Of a stretch of 64,000 bases of DNA, positions 1-9,595 are shown one piece after another. The translations under genes and the position numbers were made by a program. The DNA lies in assembly GCA_003278145.1 (NCBI GenBank), contig QCGV01000001.1, positions 139,616 to 203,615 on the forward strand, given 5' to 3'. The stretch comes from OCS116 cluster bacterium AG-390-A19 (lineage in GTDB: Bacteria; Pseudomonadota; Alphaproteobacteria; MED-G09). The notes beneath the pieces were generated by a model. The model worked only from the letters and a program-made list of their open reading frames with translations, did no database searches and had not been told where the DNA came from. Numbering within the stretch: the stretch's first letter is position 1; each line of letters opens with the position of its first letter.

Positions 1-1
1 G

Positions 2-601
2 GTTCTTAAAAGAGAGGCATTAAATTGGGGCTTGGATAAAGTTGATCCAATAATATCAAGTAGATTAGCTCAATTAGGTGAGCAATTTTTAGTAAATAAT
101 TTACCTAACGAAGAACTTTCTGAAGAGTCTTTAAATTCTTTTTATAACGAGAACAAACATTTTTATATTGATGATGCAAAAGTTACTTTCTCTCATATTT
201 TTTTTCGTAATAGTGATGAAAAAATAATCAATGATTTAACTTCTTATGTTCGAACTCAAAATGAAGAATTTTTTAATAATAATTTATTAAACAAGATTTC
301 AGTATTTCCGTATCAGAAAAATTATGCACAAAGAAGTGAGTCATTTATTAGAGGACATTTTGGTGAAAAAACAACACAAGAAATTTTTGCACTTGAAATT
401 AGTTCAAAGTGGCAAGGACCAATACAATCTCCTTATGGTTTTCATATAATTAAACTTACATCAGTTACAGAAGCTAAACAAAAATCATTTGAAGAGGTCA
501 GTGACTTAGTTTTAAAAAGATTTATTAGCGAAAGAAGAAAAGCAAATTTAAAATTAGAGTTAGAAAAAAAGATTTCTGGTTATCAAATAATTGATGATTA
601 A
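2..601 (+). CDS. Parvulin/PpiC-type peptidyl-prolyl isomerase-like protein, C-terminal part (5' end lies off the window)
   Basis: The frame is open from base 2, with no stop upstream of the listed TTG at 32. Parvulin-like core GPIQSPYGFHIIKL near the C-terminus. Overall resemblance to the PpiD/SurA-like ORF at 18360-19214. Confidence 0.6.
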   Translation, partial: VLKREALNWGLDKVDPIISSRLAQLGEQFLVNNLPNEELSEESLNSFYNENKHFYIDDAKVTFSHIFFRNSDEKIINDLTSYVRTQNEEFFNNNLLNKISVFPYQKNYAQRSESFIRGHFGEKTTQEIFALEISSKWQGPIQSPYGFHIIKLTSVTEAKQKSFEEVSDLVLKRFISERRKANLKLELEKKISGYQIIDD

Positions 602-1879
602 TTATGCTTTATCAAATTCAATATTTAGGCTATCCAGTCCTCTAAGTAAAACATTTGGACTATAGTTAAAATCATTTTTTTCAGTAAATCTCATATTTTT
701 TAATCTATCTAAAATGATTGGGAAAGCTGTATACATTTCCTTTCTTGATAAATTCATTCCAAGGCAAACATGAATTCCTTGCCCAAATGCAACATGACGA
801 CGAGCATTTTTTCTTGTTACATCAAATTTATCAGGATTTTCAAATAAATCTTCGTCTCTGTTTCCTGAGCCGTAACGAAGGAGTAAAGCTGACCCTGCTG
901 GAATTGCAACACCACCTAATTCAGTATCCTCTGTAGCAATTCTCCACATATTATTCGTCGGTGTAAGCAATCTAAGAGATTCTTCAATCATGTTTGGTAT
1001 TAGGCTATGATCATTAACAACTAATTCCATTTGATCTGGGTTTTCTATTAGTAGCTTTATTGCCTCAGTAATTGAATGTGCGGTAGTAGCATTACCAGCA
1101 ACAAGAAGCTGCTGGATAATTGATAACTGTTCTGGAGTTTCCATTTTTCTTGTAACATCGTTTTCATCTTCAAATTCTAAAGTTGCAAGATCTGATAAAA
1201 TATCATCGGTAGGATTTTTTGCTTTTTCATCTAATCTCTCAGCAAAATATTGTTGAAACTTTACTAGCTTTTTTGCAATTTCAATATGTTCCTCTGGCGT
1301 GCTTGTTCCTGATAATTGATCAGTAAATGCCTGTGAAGATATTCTAAAAAATTCATAGTCATCTGTTGATGCACCTAGCGCTTCAGCAATAACCCTAATT
1401 GGTAAGGGTTGTGCTAATTGAGTTGCAACTTCACATTTTCCATCTTCGATGAATTGATCAATTATAAAATTAGTCTTTTCTTCAATTGCTGGCCCCATAT
1501 CGGAAACTCTTTTAGGAGTAAATGCTTTATCAACCAAACTTCTATATTTTGTATGTCTAGGTGGATCAGCAGTAAGCATTGTGTTAACAGCAGGATAACC
1601 ATCCTTTTCCATGATTTCTGCTGCTTCCTGAGGATAAACATCAGATCCTCCATCCCTTTGTAGTGCACCGAAATCATTAGAAAATACTTTTGCATTTCTT
1701 GCTGCTTCGCATATTAATTCATGTTTTGATACTTGAAAAATACCTGTATTTGGATCTTGATACACAGGAGCTTCATCTCTTAGTTTTTTATAAAAAGCAT
1801 GGGGACATTTCATAAGCTCTTGGTCAAAAATATTTATCTCTTCTAAATTATCTTCAATTGGTTTAATGGCTTCACTCAT
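602..1879 (-). CDS. Cytochrome P450 monooxygenase
   Basis: Heme-thiolate loop FGQGIHVCLG, EXXR motif (ESLR), I-helix AGNATT, length 425 aa. Confidence 0.92.
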   Translation of the reverse strand: MSEAIKPIEDNLEEINIFDQELMKCPHAFYKKLRDEAPVYQDPNTGIFQVSKHELICEAARNAKVFSNDFGALQRDGGSDVYPQEAAEIMEKDGYPAVNTMLTADPPRHTKYRSLVDKAFTPKRVSDMGPAIEEKTNFIIDQFIEDGKCEVATQLAQPLPIRVIAEALGASTDDYEFFRISSQAFTDQLSGTSTPEEHIEIAKKLVKFQQYFAERLDEKAKNPTDDILSDLATLEFEDENDVTRKMETPEQLSIIQQLLVAGNATTAHSITEAIKLLIENPDQMELVVNDHSLIPNMIEESLRLLTPTNNMWRIATEDTELGGVAIPAGSALLLRYGSGNRDEDLFENPDKFDVTRKNARRHVAFGQGIHVCLGMNLSRKEMYTAFPIILDRLKNMRFTEKNDFNYSPNVLLRGLDSLNIEFDKA

Positions 1880-2135
1880 GATTTATGTCTCCTAAAAATC
1901 AACTTTAAATTATTATTATATAAGAGCTTTATGCACCTAATTTCAATAAAAAAGATAGAACTTATTTTTTCCTAAATTGTTGCAAAATAACAACATTTAC
2001 TAGTTTTTATATATAAAATTATTGACTAAAAAGAATTTAATTGAGAAAATTTAAAAAGTTAACTCAAAACTTATCATAAATAATAAAAAGTAAGTCTTTG
2101 AAAAAATTGATAATAATAATAATGGGGAGCTTAAA

Positions 2136-4607
2136 ATGCGTTTTTTTAAGTATATGTTTATTGGTTTCATTTTTGTTGCAATTACATTAATAGCTGATAA
2201 CAGAGCTTTTGCTCAAGAGACAGGTGTTTCTTCAAGACAGATAGACGAAATAATTGTTACTTCAAGAAAAACTGAAGAAAATATTCAGGATGTTCCAATT
2301 GCTGTTTATGCAGTAGATGAGAAAGCTTTAGATGATTTTCGACCAACAACTATGAGAGACTTAGATAGTCTTGCACCTAATTTGCAAGTTGGTATGAATT
2401 CAGCTTCAGGTAATCAAGGTGCAATTTTTGTTCGTGGATGTGGTTATGCCGAAGTAGAAAAAACTCAAAATCCACCAGTAGGCTTAATTGTTGATGGATT
2501 ATTTTTAGGAACTAATACCGGTACTTTATTAGATGCTTTTGATTGGTCTAAGATACAGGTGAATTCAGGTCCTCAAGGTGTTGTTTATGGTAAAAATACT
2601 TCTTGTGGTAATATTGTTGTAGAAAGAAATAAGCCATCAAAAGATTTTGAATTTGACACTGAAGTGTCAATTGGTAACTATGAGGCATATGAATTAGGCG
2701 TCATATTAAATATTCCTATCAATGATAAAGTTTCTTCACGTTGGAACTTTAGAAAACTTGCTCACCAAGGTTATTATGACAATTTATATACTGAAAAAGA
2801 TTCAGGACAATTAGATATTGCTGCGGCAAGTGCTCGTTTTTTAATTGAAGCATCTGAAAATACTGAAATTTATATCATTACAGACTATTATTATGATAGA
2901 GGTGATACAGCACCAGTTTCCTATTCAGGAAATCCTTTTGGTGCAGGATGTGTTCCTAATTTTGGAGCTGGTTTAGGATTGGTTGGAGCAGCTGATAATG
3001 GATGTACTCCTGGTCTGGGAGCAGTAACTGCAACTGAGTTAAGTACAGCTGGTGCAGCAATTGGTATTACTCCTTTTGCTGGTTTTGCAGGGCTTGAGCC
3101 ATTTTTCTCTCAAACTGAGGCACTTCCTCCTCACGTTGTTAATCTTGATAACCCAGAACAATCAGATATGGATTTTCTAAGAGGCAGTATTGAAGTTGTT
3201 TCAGATACTTTGATCGGTGAAGTAACTATTGCTACTTCTTATTTACAGTTAGATGACAATGTTCTTCAAGATTTTGATGCAACTCCAGGTTTTGGTGGTG
3301 GCCAAGGAAATCCTGCTACATTAGGTGGACCTCTTCATACTGCAAGAAATCAACATTTTTCTCAGTTTTCTCAGGAAATTAGAGTTTCTAATGATATAAC
3401 TGACAAATTAAACTTAACTACTGGAATATTTTTATGGAAAGACTCTATAATGCTTCAGCAACATTCTGGTGGAGTTGTTCAAACTTCAGGTCAAGATACA
3501 GAGTCTGTAGCAATTTTTGCATTAGTTAAATATGATGTATCAGATGATTTATCTATTTCTGGTGGTTTTAGATATGTTGATGAATCAAAAGACTTTCATT
3601 CTCAATATAATACTATTGTAGGTCCAGGTACTTATGGAACTGTTGCTCCTCTTGACTCTCCAGTTGTACTACCTAGGTTTACGAGATCAGCATCTTGGGA
3701 TGATTACATGGGTGAAGCATCTGTCGATTGGCAAGTAACAGAGGATAGTCTTTTATACGCTAGATGGGCAAGGGGCTTTAGATCAGGGGGTTATTCTATT
3801 AGATATGCAGCATCGGATACTCTAACTGCCTCTAGAGTAGCAGATCTGAATGCTCAAGGATTTGCTCTGGTTCCTCAAGCACATGCTAGAGAAGGAAGTG
3901 ACTTTAGTGTATTTGATCCAGAACTTACTGAATTATTTGAAATAGGATCTAAAAACACATTTTTAGATGGTTCTTTGCAAGTGAATGGTGCTGTCTTTCA
4001 AACTACTACTGAAGGTTTCCAAGCTTCAAGTATTTTGTCAACAGCTGGTGCGTTTAGAGCAACTGATACTTACATTAATAATTATCAGGAAACAGAAATA
4101 TCTGGTGCAGAGGTTCAAATTGTTTGGTTACCTCCAGTAGACGGTCTAACTCTCAGATTAAATTATGGTATCTTGGATCCAAAGATCAATGATGCTGTAG
4201 TTGATTCTGGAAGATTGGGTGTTGGCGGCAGACCAACCCAAGCAGGAACAATGGTTGATCTAGTAAATTCTGGGGTCACTCCTCAATTAGCGAGAGTTCC
4301 AGAGACAAGTTTTGCATTAACAGCTTTGTATGAATATAAACTTAATAATGGTGCATCGCTTAACACAAATGTAACATACAGAGGTTTCGATGATCAGAAT
4401 TTAACTATTTCATCATTCCCAGATAGTGAAGATGGATATGAGCTTCTAGATGCAACTATAACTTATGATGCTGGTGATTATTCTATTGCACTTATTGGTA
4501 GAAATCTTACTGACGAGGAATATAGAACTCACTCATTAACATCTGTTAGATTCCAAGGTTGGGGTGATCCTGCAACTTACATGTTAGAATTACGAAATTC
4601 TTGGTAA
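2136..4607 (+). CDS. TonB-dependent outer-membrane receptor
   Basis: Signal peptide; plug-type N-terminus (DEIIVTSRKTEENIQDVP, VNSGPQGVVYGKNTSCG); 823 aa with beta-strand-like alternation; C-terminal aromatic residue (..LRNSW); GGGGAG Shine-Dalgarno 7 nt upstream of the ATG. Confidence 0.85.
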   Translation: MRFFKYMFIGFIFVAITLIADNRAFAQETGVSSRQIDEIIVTSRKTEENIQDVPIAVYAVDEKALDDFRPTTMRDLDSLAPNLQVGMNSASGNQGAIFVRGCGYAEVEKTQNPPVGLIVDGLFLGTNTGTLLDAFDWSKIQVNSGPQGVVYGKNTSCGNIVVERNKPSKDFEFDTEVSIGNYEAYELGVILNIPINDKVSSRWNFRKLAHQGYYDNLYTEKDSGQLDIAAASARFLIEASENTEIYIITDYYYDRGDTAPVSYSGNPFGAGCVPNFGAGLGLVGAADNGCTPGLGAVTATELSTAGAAIGITPFAGFAGLEPFFSQTEALPPHVVNLDNPEQSDMDFLRGSIEVVSDTLIGEVTIATSYLQLDDNVLQDFDATPGFGGGQGNPATLGGPLHTARNQHFSQFSQEIRVSNDITDKLNLTTGIFLWKDSIMLQQHSGGVVQTSGQDTESVAIFALVKYDVSDDLSISGGFRYVDESKDFHSQYNTIVGPGTYGTVAPLDSPVVLPRFTRSASWDDYMGEASVDWQVTEDSLLYARWARGFRSGGYSIRYAASDTLTASRVADLNAQGFALVPQAHAREGSDFSVFDPELTELFEIGSKNTFLDGSLQVNGAVFQTTTEGFQASSILSTAGAFRATDTYINNYQETEISGAEVQIVWLPPVDGLTLRLNYGILDPKINDAVVDSGRLGVGGRPTQAGTMVDLVNSGVTPQLARVPETSFALTALYEYKLNNGASLNTNVTYRGFDDQNLTISSFPDSEDGYELLDATITYDAGDYSIALIGRNLTDEEYRTHSLTSVRFQGWGDPATYMLELRNSW

Positions 4608-4630
4608 TATAGTAAAAATAAAGAAATTAA

Positions 4631-4664
4631 AGGATGAAGCACTGGTGTTTCATCCTTTTTTTTT
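4631..4664 (+). terminator. Rho-independent terminator after the first TonB-dependent receptor
   Basis: AGGATGAAGCA / TGTTTCATCCT stem (11 bp including one G-U), 4-nt loop, followed by a run of 9 T. Confidence 0.85.
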
Positions 4665-4693
4665 GTAATATCAAAACTTAAATTCGGAAATCT

Positions 4694-5449
4694 ATGGAAA
4701 ATCTCAAAAATAAAACTTTTATTATTACTGGCGGAGGAAGGGGTATTGGAGCCGAAGCCTCTAAATTAATTGCTTCAAATGGAGCAAATGTGATTTTAAC
4801 ATGCAGAACTGAAAGTCAGGGTTTTTCCGTTGAAAAAGAAATATTAAATAATGGTGATAATGCTAAATTTATTCCTCAAGATGTAACTATAGAAAGTGAT
4901 TGGCGAAAAGTTATTGATGAAGGTCTCGAATTGTATGGTCGTATTGATGGAGTTGTAAATAACGCTGGAACATTCTCATGGAAATCTATGAATGAGTCTA
5001 AATTAGATGATTTTAAAGAAGTTATTGATGTTAATTTAGCTGGATCTTTTCTTGGTTTAAAATATGGGACAGAAGCTATTAGAAAACACGGAGAGGGTGG
5101 TTCTATTGTTATGATTTCTTCAGTTCTTGGTAAAGTAGGAGCACCAAATACTACTGCAGTTTGTGCTGCTAAAGGTGGTGTAAGACTTTTAGCAAAAGCA
5201 GGTGCTTGCGAATTAGGACCAGAAAAAATAAGAGTTAATTCAATTCATCCAGGCTTAACTGACACTGAGGTTGGAAAAGTTTTTACTTCTGGTTTAAGTG
5301 ATAAGCAATTTATCCAATCAAATATTCCTATGGGTAGAATGGCTAGATCAGAAGAAATCGCAAAAACAATTTTATTTTTAGTTTCCGAAGAGTCTTTTTT
5401 TATGACTGGTGCTGAATTGACTATTGATGGAGGTTTTACCGCAGGGTAG
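4694..5449 (+). CDS. Short-chain dehydrogenase/reductase (SDR) paralogue lacking the catalytic tyrosine
   Basis: TGGGRGIG cofactor motif, NNAG, ISSV serine. The expected Y-x3-K reads V156-C-A-A-K160 (codon GTT at 5159-5161). Confidence 0.85.
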   Translation: MENLKNKTFIITGGGRGIGAEASKLIASNGANVILTCRTESQGFSVEKEILNNGDNAKFIPQDVTIESDWRKVIDEGLELYGRIDGVVNNAGTFSWKSMNESKLDDFKEVIDVNLAGSFLGLKYGTEAIRKHGEGGSIVMISSVLGKVGAPNTTAVCAAKGGVRLLAKAGACELGPEKIRVNSIHPGLTDTEVGKVFTSGLSDKQFIQSNIPMGRMARSEEIAKTILFLVSEESFFMTGAELTIDGGFTAG

Positions 5450-5454
5450 TAATT

Positions 5455-6222
5455 ATGGGTAAATTAGATCAAAAAGTTGCAATTGTTACTGGTGCTACAT
5501 CAGGTATTGGAAGAGAAACTGCTATCTTGTTATCTCGAGAGGGAGCCTCAGTTGTATTCACTGGCAGAAATAAAGATGCTGCTGAAGAGACATCAGACCT
5601 TATTTCTAAAGAAGGAGGTAAATGTTTATTTATTCAGCATGATGTTGCCGATGAGAATAATTGGATTGAAGTTATAAAAACTACAAAGGATCATTTTGGT
5701 TCATTGGATATTTTAGTTAACAATGCCGGACAATTTTTTCTAAAACCAATAATGGAAACCTCTTTAGAGGATTTTAATCAAATTTGTTCAGTTAATATTG
5801 ATGGTGCATGGTTGGGTATGAAACACTGTCTACCTGAAATGAATGATGGTGGCGCTATTGTCAATGTGTCCTCCTTAATGGGCCAAATGGGTCTTCCTGA
5901 TGCCTCAGGTTATTGCGCCTCAAAAGGTGCGGTTACATCTATGACTAAGGCTGCTGCATTAGAGGTTGCAGATAGAAATATTAAAATAAATGCTTTACAC
6001 CCAGGCGTCATTTGGACACCTATGGTTGGAGCAGGTTCTGAGGGTGATAATGATCTAAAAAGTTTTTTTCAATTAGAAACCCCGCTTAGAGAAGTAGGGT
6101 TACCAAAAAATATGGCAGATGCTATATTATTTTTATGCACTACTGAGTACCTTACAGGATCAGATTTAAATGTAGATGGCGGAAGATTTGCTGATGGCGC
6201 TATGGGCAGTAACGCTAGTTAA
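5455..6222 (+). CDS. Classical SDR oxidoreductase
   Basis: TGATSGIG, NNAG, SSLMG...YCASKGAV (intact Y-x3-K), PG motif. Lies 5 nt after the preceding SDR. Confidence 0.88.
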   Translation: MGKLDQKVAIVTGATSGIGRETAILLSREGASVVFTGRNKDAAEETSDLISKEGGKCLFIQHDVADENNWIEVIKTTKDHFGSLDILVNNAGQFFLKPIMETSLEDFNQICSVNIDGAWLGMKHCLPEMNDGGAIVNVSSLMGQMGLPDASGYCASKGAVTSMTKAAALEVADRNIKINALHPGVIWTPMVGAGSEGDNDLKSFFQLETPLREVGLPKNMADAILFLCTTEYLTGSDLNVDGGRFADGAMGSNAS

Positions 6223-6230
6223 CAATTCTA

Positions 6231-7490
6231 ATGACAACATCTATTAAAACTTCACCGAAAGAGAGAAAATTAGGATTCAGGGTTCTGTTTCTTGCTATGT
6301 TTGCAATTGGAACTGGTCAGACTCTTTTTATTGCAGTTTTACCTCCTTATGCAAGAGGACTAGGTTTATCAGAAGTTCAAGTTGGATTTATATTTTCATT
6401 ATCAGCACTCGGTTGGATGATAATGAGCCCATTTTGGGGAAGAAAAAGTGATTTCATAGGTAGAAAATCTATAATAATTCTTGGTCTTTTAGTATACGCA
6501 TTTACAACAATTTTAATGGGGCTTGAATTTAGATTGAATGAGTTAGGGTATATTAATTTAAGTACTTTGTTTGGCTTATTAATCTTTACTAGAGGTTGTT
6601 ATGGTTTTTTAGGTTCAGGTGCCCACTCAGCATCGATGGCTTATGTAGCTGATCGAACTACTGAAAAAGAAAGATCAGGTATTATGGCTGTAATGGGTTC
6701 CGCTTTCGCAATTAGTGGCATTGTTGGCCCTGGTTTAGCCTCTGCTGCAGTTATGTTGGGTCCATTGGTACCTTATTTTCTTTTTGGTTTTATTACAGCA
6801 CTTATTGCTTTATTGATTTTTATTTTCTTACCTGAAAAAACTAAACCTATTCGTCCTGCTAAAGTCCATGAAGCAAGACTTACACCATATGATACACGAG
6901 TAATTACTTTTGCTTTGATGGGTTTATGTATTAGCCAAACATCAGCTGTTGTTATGCAAATTTTATCATTATATCTGCAAGATAAGTTTGGTTACAGTAA
7001 TACAGAAGCTTCAGTATATACTGGCTCAATGTTAATTTTTACTGGAGTTGCTACATTAATTGTTCAGTTAGGTATTATAAGAAATATTTCACCAACTCCA
7101 TCAATTTTACTAAGGCTTGGCTCAATAGCGACAATTATATCCCTAATATTGATTGTTGCCTCTAAAGACTTATATTTAATGGGTTTTGCAATGGCTATAT
7201 ATGGAGTTGGTGGAGCATTGATGGGACCAGGCTTATTTACAGGTCTATCACTAGCAGTTGGTAAAGATGAACAAGGTGCAGCAGCAGGTATTTTGGTAAG
7301 CTCTTATGCAGCGGGTTTTCTTATAAATCCTTTAACAGGTATGCAATTATTTATCATAAATGTTAACTTTCCTTATTATCTTGGGGTTGCATTAATGTTC
7401 ATATGCTTGTTGATTGCTTTTTTTGATAAAAGGCTAAATAGAGTTGTAGAATATGAGGACAATGTTGACTTTCAAAGTCATAATGGTTGA
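6231..7490 (+). CDS. Major facilitator superfamily transporter
   Basis: About 12 hydrophobic segments and an MFS loop motif (GRKSDFIGRK) between the predicted TM2 and TM3. Lies 8 nt after the SDR pair. Confidence 0.85.
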   Translation: MTTSIKTSPKERKLGFRVLFLAMFAIGTGQTLFIAVLPPYARGLGLSEVQVGFIFSLSALGWMIMSPFWGRKSDFIGRKSIIILGLLVYAFTTILMGLEFRLNELGYINLSTLFGLLIFTRGCYGFLGSGAHSASMAYVADRTTEKERSGIMAVMGSAFAISGIVGPGLASAAVMLGPLVPYFLFGFITALIALLIFIFLPEKTKPIRPAKVHEARLTPYDTRVITFALMGLCISQTSAVVMQILSLYLQDKFGYSNTEASVYTGSMLIFTGVATLIVQLGIIRNISPTPSILLRLGSIATIISLILIVASKDLYLMGFAMAIYGVGGALMGPGLFTGLSLAVGKDEQGAAAGILVSSYAAGFLINPLTGMQLFIINVNFPYYLGVALMFICLLIAFFDKRLNRVVEYEDNVDFQSHNG

Positions 7491-9587
7491 TTAAAAAGTT
7501 CCTTCAAGTTCGATTTTAAAAAAGCTATGCTCGTTTATATCAAAATTTTCTTGAATAAGTAGATCGTTATTTGATTTAAATCCATTATAAATTAATTTTC
7601 TTCCAAAGCCAAAATTTGTATCTAAAATATTTTTTGCAATAAAGTTAAAATTTAATCTTGGATTAATCTTGGCAGTAAAACCAAAACTTAAAGTAGGATC
7701 TTGTGCAAATCTTCCCCATAAATAAGGGTCATAAATATTAAATTGTGATTGGGATCTATAAGTTAAGCCCCAACTATATTTTCCTCCTGGGATATCTTGC
7801 CTTAAACCAATCATAGTTTGCCATCTTTTATACCATGAAAAATCTCTTTTAATATTTGTTACAGGATCGATCACTTCTGTACTTTGAAGATAGCCCATAA
7901 ACCTAAAAACACCTCCTTCAAGAAGTTTATTTATTCTAATACTCCCATCAATTCTTGCTTGAGTTTTTTCTCCTGAGCCTAAATTTCCTATCCCAGCATA
8001 ACCATCAATAGGAAGCCTATCTACTGGACCATCTATTTTACTAGCTAAACCTTTTATGGTTACAACCCCTCCATCATTAGGTAATCTCCATTCATGTTCT
8101 AATTTGACTTCCCAAGATGTTTCTGGTTTTAAGTCTGGATTTCCTGCACGAATAGTTTCTTCAAATTGGTCATAGCTTGAGATAAAGTCATCAAAATTAA
8201 TTTGACCAACATTTCTCTCAATATTAAATCTTATCTGCCGATTATTTTTATAGTCCCATTTAATATCTATTCTAGGTTTCCAATATTTAAACTCTCTTGA
8301 TAAATTTATATCTCCGGATTGGCTGATTTCTGACCATTCATAATTTAGGGCTAATTCTGTTCTAATTTTTTTTGATAAAGGAATGTTATATGATAAAAAT
8401 CCTTCATATCTATCTTCTTCTACTAATCCAGATGTATTAATTAGACCGGCGTTAGTAGCTACGGAGTCTTTATCGAAGTATATAAGATTAAAAGTCCTAT
8501 TTAATTTATTATAAGCGCTTTCAATACCGTATTCGAGTGAATTACTTTTGCCTATTAGTTTGTTAAAACTTAATCTAATAATTCTTTCATTTTCTTTTCT
8601 GATATTTGTTTCATCACTATTGTTGTAAGAGTCTATAGTGTCATCTAAGAACGAAGTATCATTTTGATCCTCATTCTCTTCTGTTAGCACAACTCTTAAT
8701 TTAAATGAGTTGTTTTTATTAATTTGATATTCCCAGTCACCTCCAAATTCCCATCCATCATTATCTTCTCTTCTATCCCAGTTAATTTTTTTGTAAAACG
8801 TCTCGTTATTGATATCTGAAGGTGAAAAATATTCTTGAATTTGTGGGGCATTTTCTTTGCCATTAAACCACACCAAAGTATTTATTCTTATAGTATTTTT
8901 ATCATTAATTTTTGAATTTAGATCTATATTTACCCTGTTACTCGATTGGTACTCAATTGTTTCTCTTAATCTATAATACAGAAGTGACTGTTCTTGATCG
9001 ACAGTAAATTCATTATATTTTCTGCTATTTAGATCACCAATTCTTTCAAATCCTATAACAATATCGGTTTTTTTTATTTTTGTTGCCCAAGATCCTATTC
9101 CTCGCCAGTTACTACTGCCAGAGGTTAGATATCCTAAAGCAGCACTCCAGGTTCCCGAGCCTTTTGATAAATTACCATCCACTATTATATTAACAATTAT
9201 TCCATCTGAACGAACATCAAGGCCTGCTTCCGAGCCTCTAATAACTTCTATTTTAATTAATGAGTCAGCATTTATTCTTTCTAATGTTTTTATAATGTTA
9301 TTACTTTTGGAGGATTGTCTTTCACCATTAATTAAAATTTGAGCCCCAGAAGAACCAAAACCTCTTTTTTTATTATTACTTCCTGGTTCGTAATTCTCTG
9401 AATAATTACCAGAGCTTAAATTTTCAACACCTGGTATTCTTTTAATGGCATCAGCGGCATTAGTTATATTGTATTGTCTAAAGTAAGCTTGATCATAGAT
9501 AATTTTATTACTTTCTTGAGAGAAAGCCTCAAGAGGAAATAAAATTAAAATAAATAAATAAAAAAAAAATTTTTTCCAAAAAATCAT
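7491..9587 (-). CDS. TonB-dependent receptor-like outer-membrane beta-barrel protein
   Basis: Signal peptide; plug-like segment (AADAIKRIPGV, IEVIRGSEAGLDV); long amphipathic beta-strand region; C-terminal Phe (..LEGTF). Lies 8 nt downstream of the dioxygenase gene on the same strand. Confidence 0.7.
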   Translation of the reverse strand: MIFWKKFFFYLFILILFPLEAFSQESNKIIYDQAYFRQYNITNAADAIKRIPGVENLSSGNYSENYEPGSNNKKRGFGSSGAQILINGERQSSKSNNIIKTLERINADSLIKIEVIRGSEAGLDVRSDGIIVNIIVDGNLSKGSGTWSAALGYLTSGSSNWRGIGSWATKIKKTDIVIGFERIGDLNSRKYNEFTVDQEQSLLYYRLRETIEYQSSNRVNIDLNSKINDKNTIRINTLVWFNGKENAPQIQEYFSPSDINNETFYKKINWDRREDNDGWEFGGDWEYQINKNNSFKLRVVLTEENEDQNDTSFLDDTIDSYNNSDETNIRKENERIIRLSFNKLIGKSNSLEYGIESAYNKLNRTFNLIYFDKDSVATNAGLINTSGLVEEDRYEGFLSYNIPLSKKIRTELALNYEWSEISQSGDINLSREFKYWKPRIDIKWDYKNNRQIRFNIERNVGQINFDDFISSYDQFEETIRAGNPDLKPETSWEVKLEHEWRLPNDGGVVTIKGLASKIDGPVDRLPIDGYAGIGNLGSGEKTQARIDGSIRINKLLEGGVFRFMGYLQSTEVIDPVTNIKRDFSWYKRWQTMIGLRQDIPGGKYSWGLTYRSQSQFNIYDPYLWGRFAQDPTLSFGFTAKINPRLNFNFIAKNILDTNFGFGRKLIYNGFKSNNDLLIQENFDINEHSFFKIELEGTF

Positions 9588-9595
9588 TAGTTTAT

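Noticed and set aside
1975-1998. Imperfect inverted repeat AATTGTTG-N8-CAACATTT in the P450/TBDR divergent spacer, as a candidate operator.
   Set aside because: It matches 7 of 8 positions in A/T-rich arms, it is a single copy, and no regulator gene is nearby to pair it with. It is recorded only as something to check if a regulator for the locus is found.
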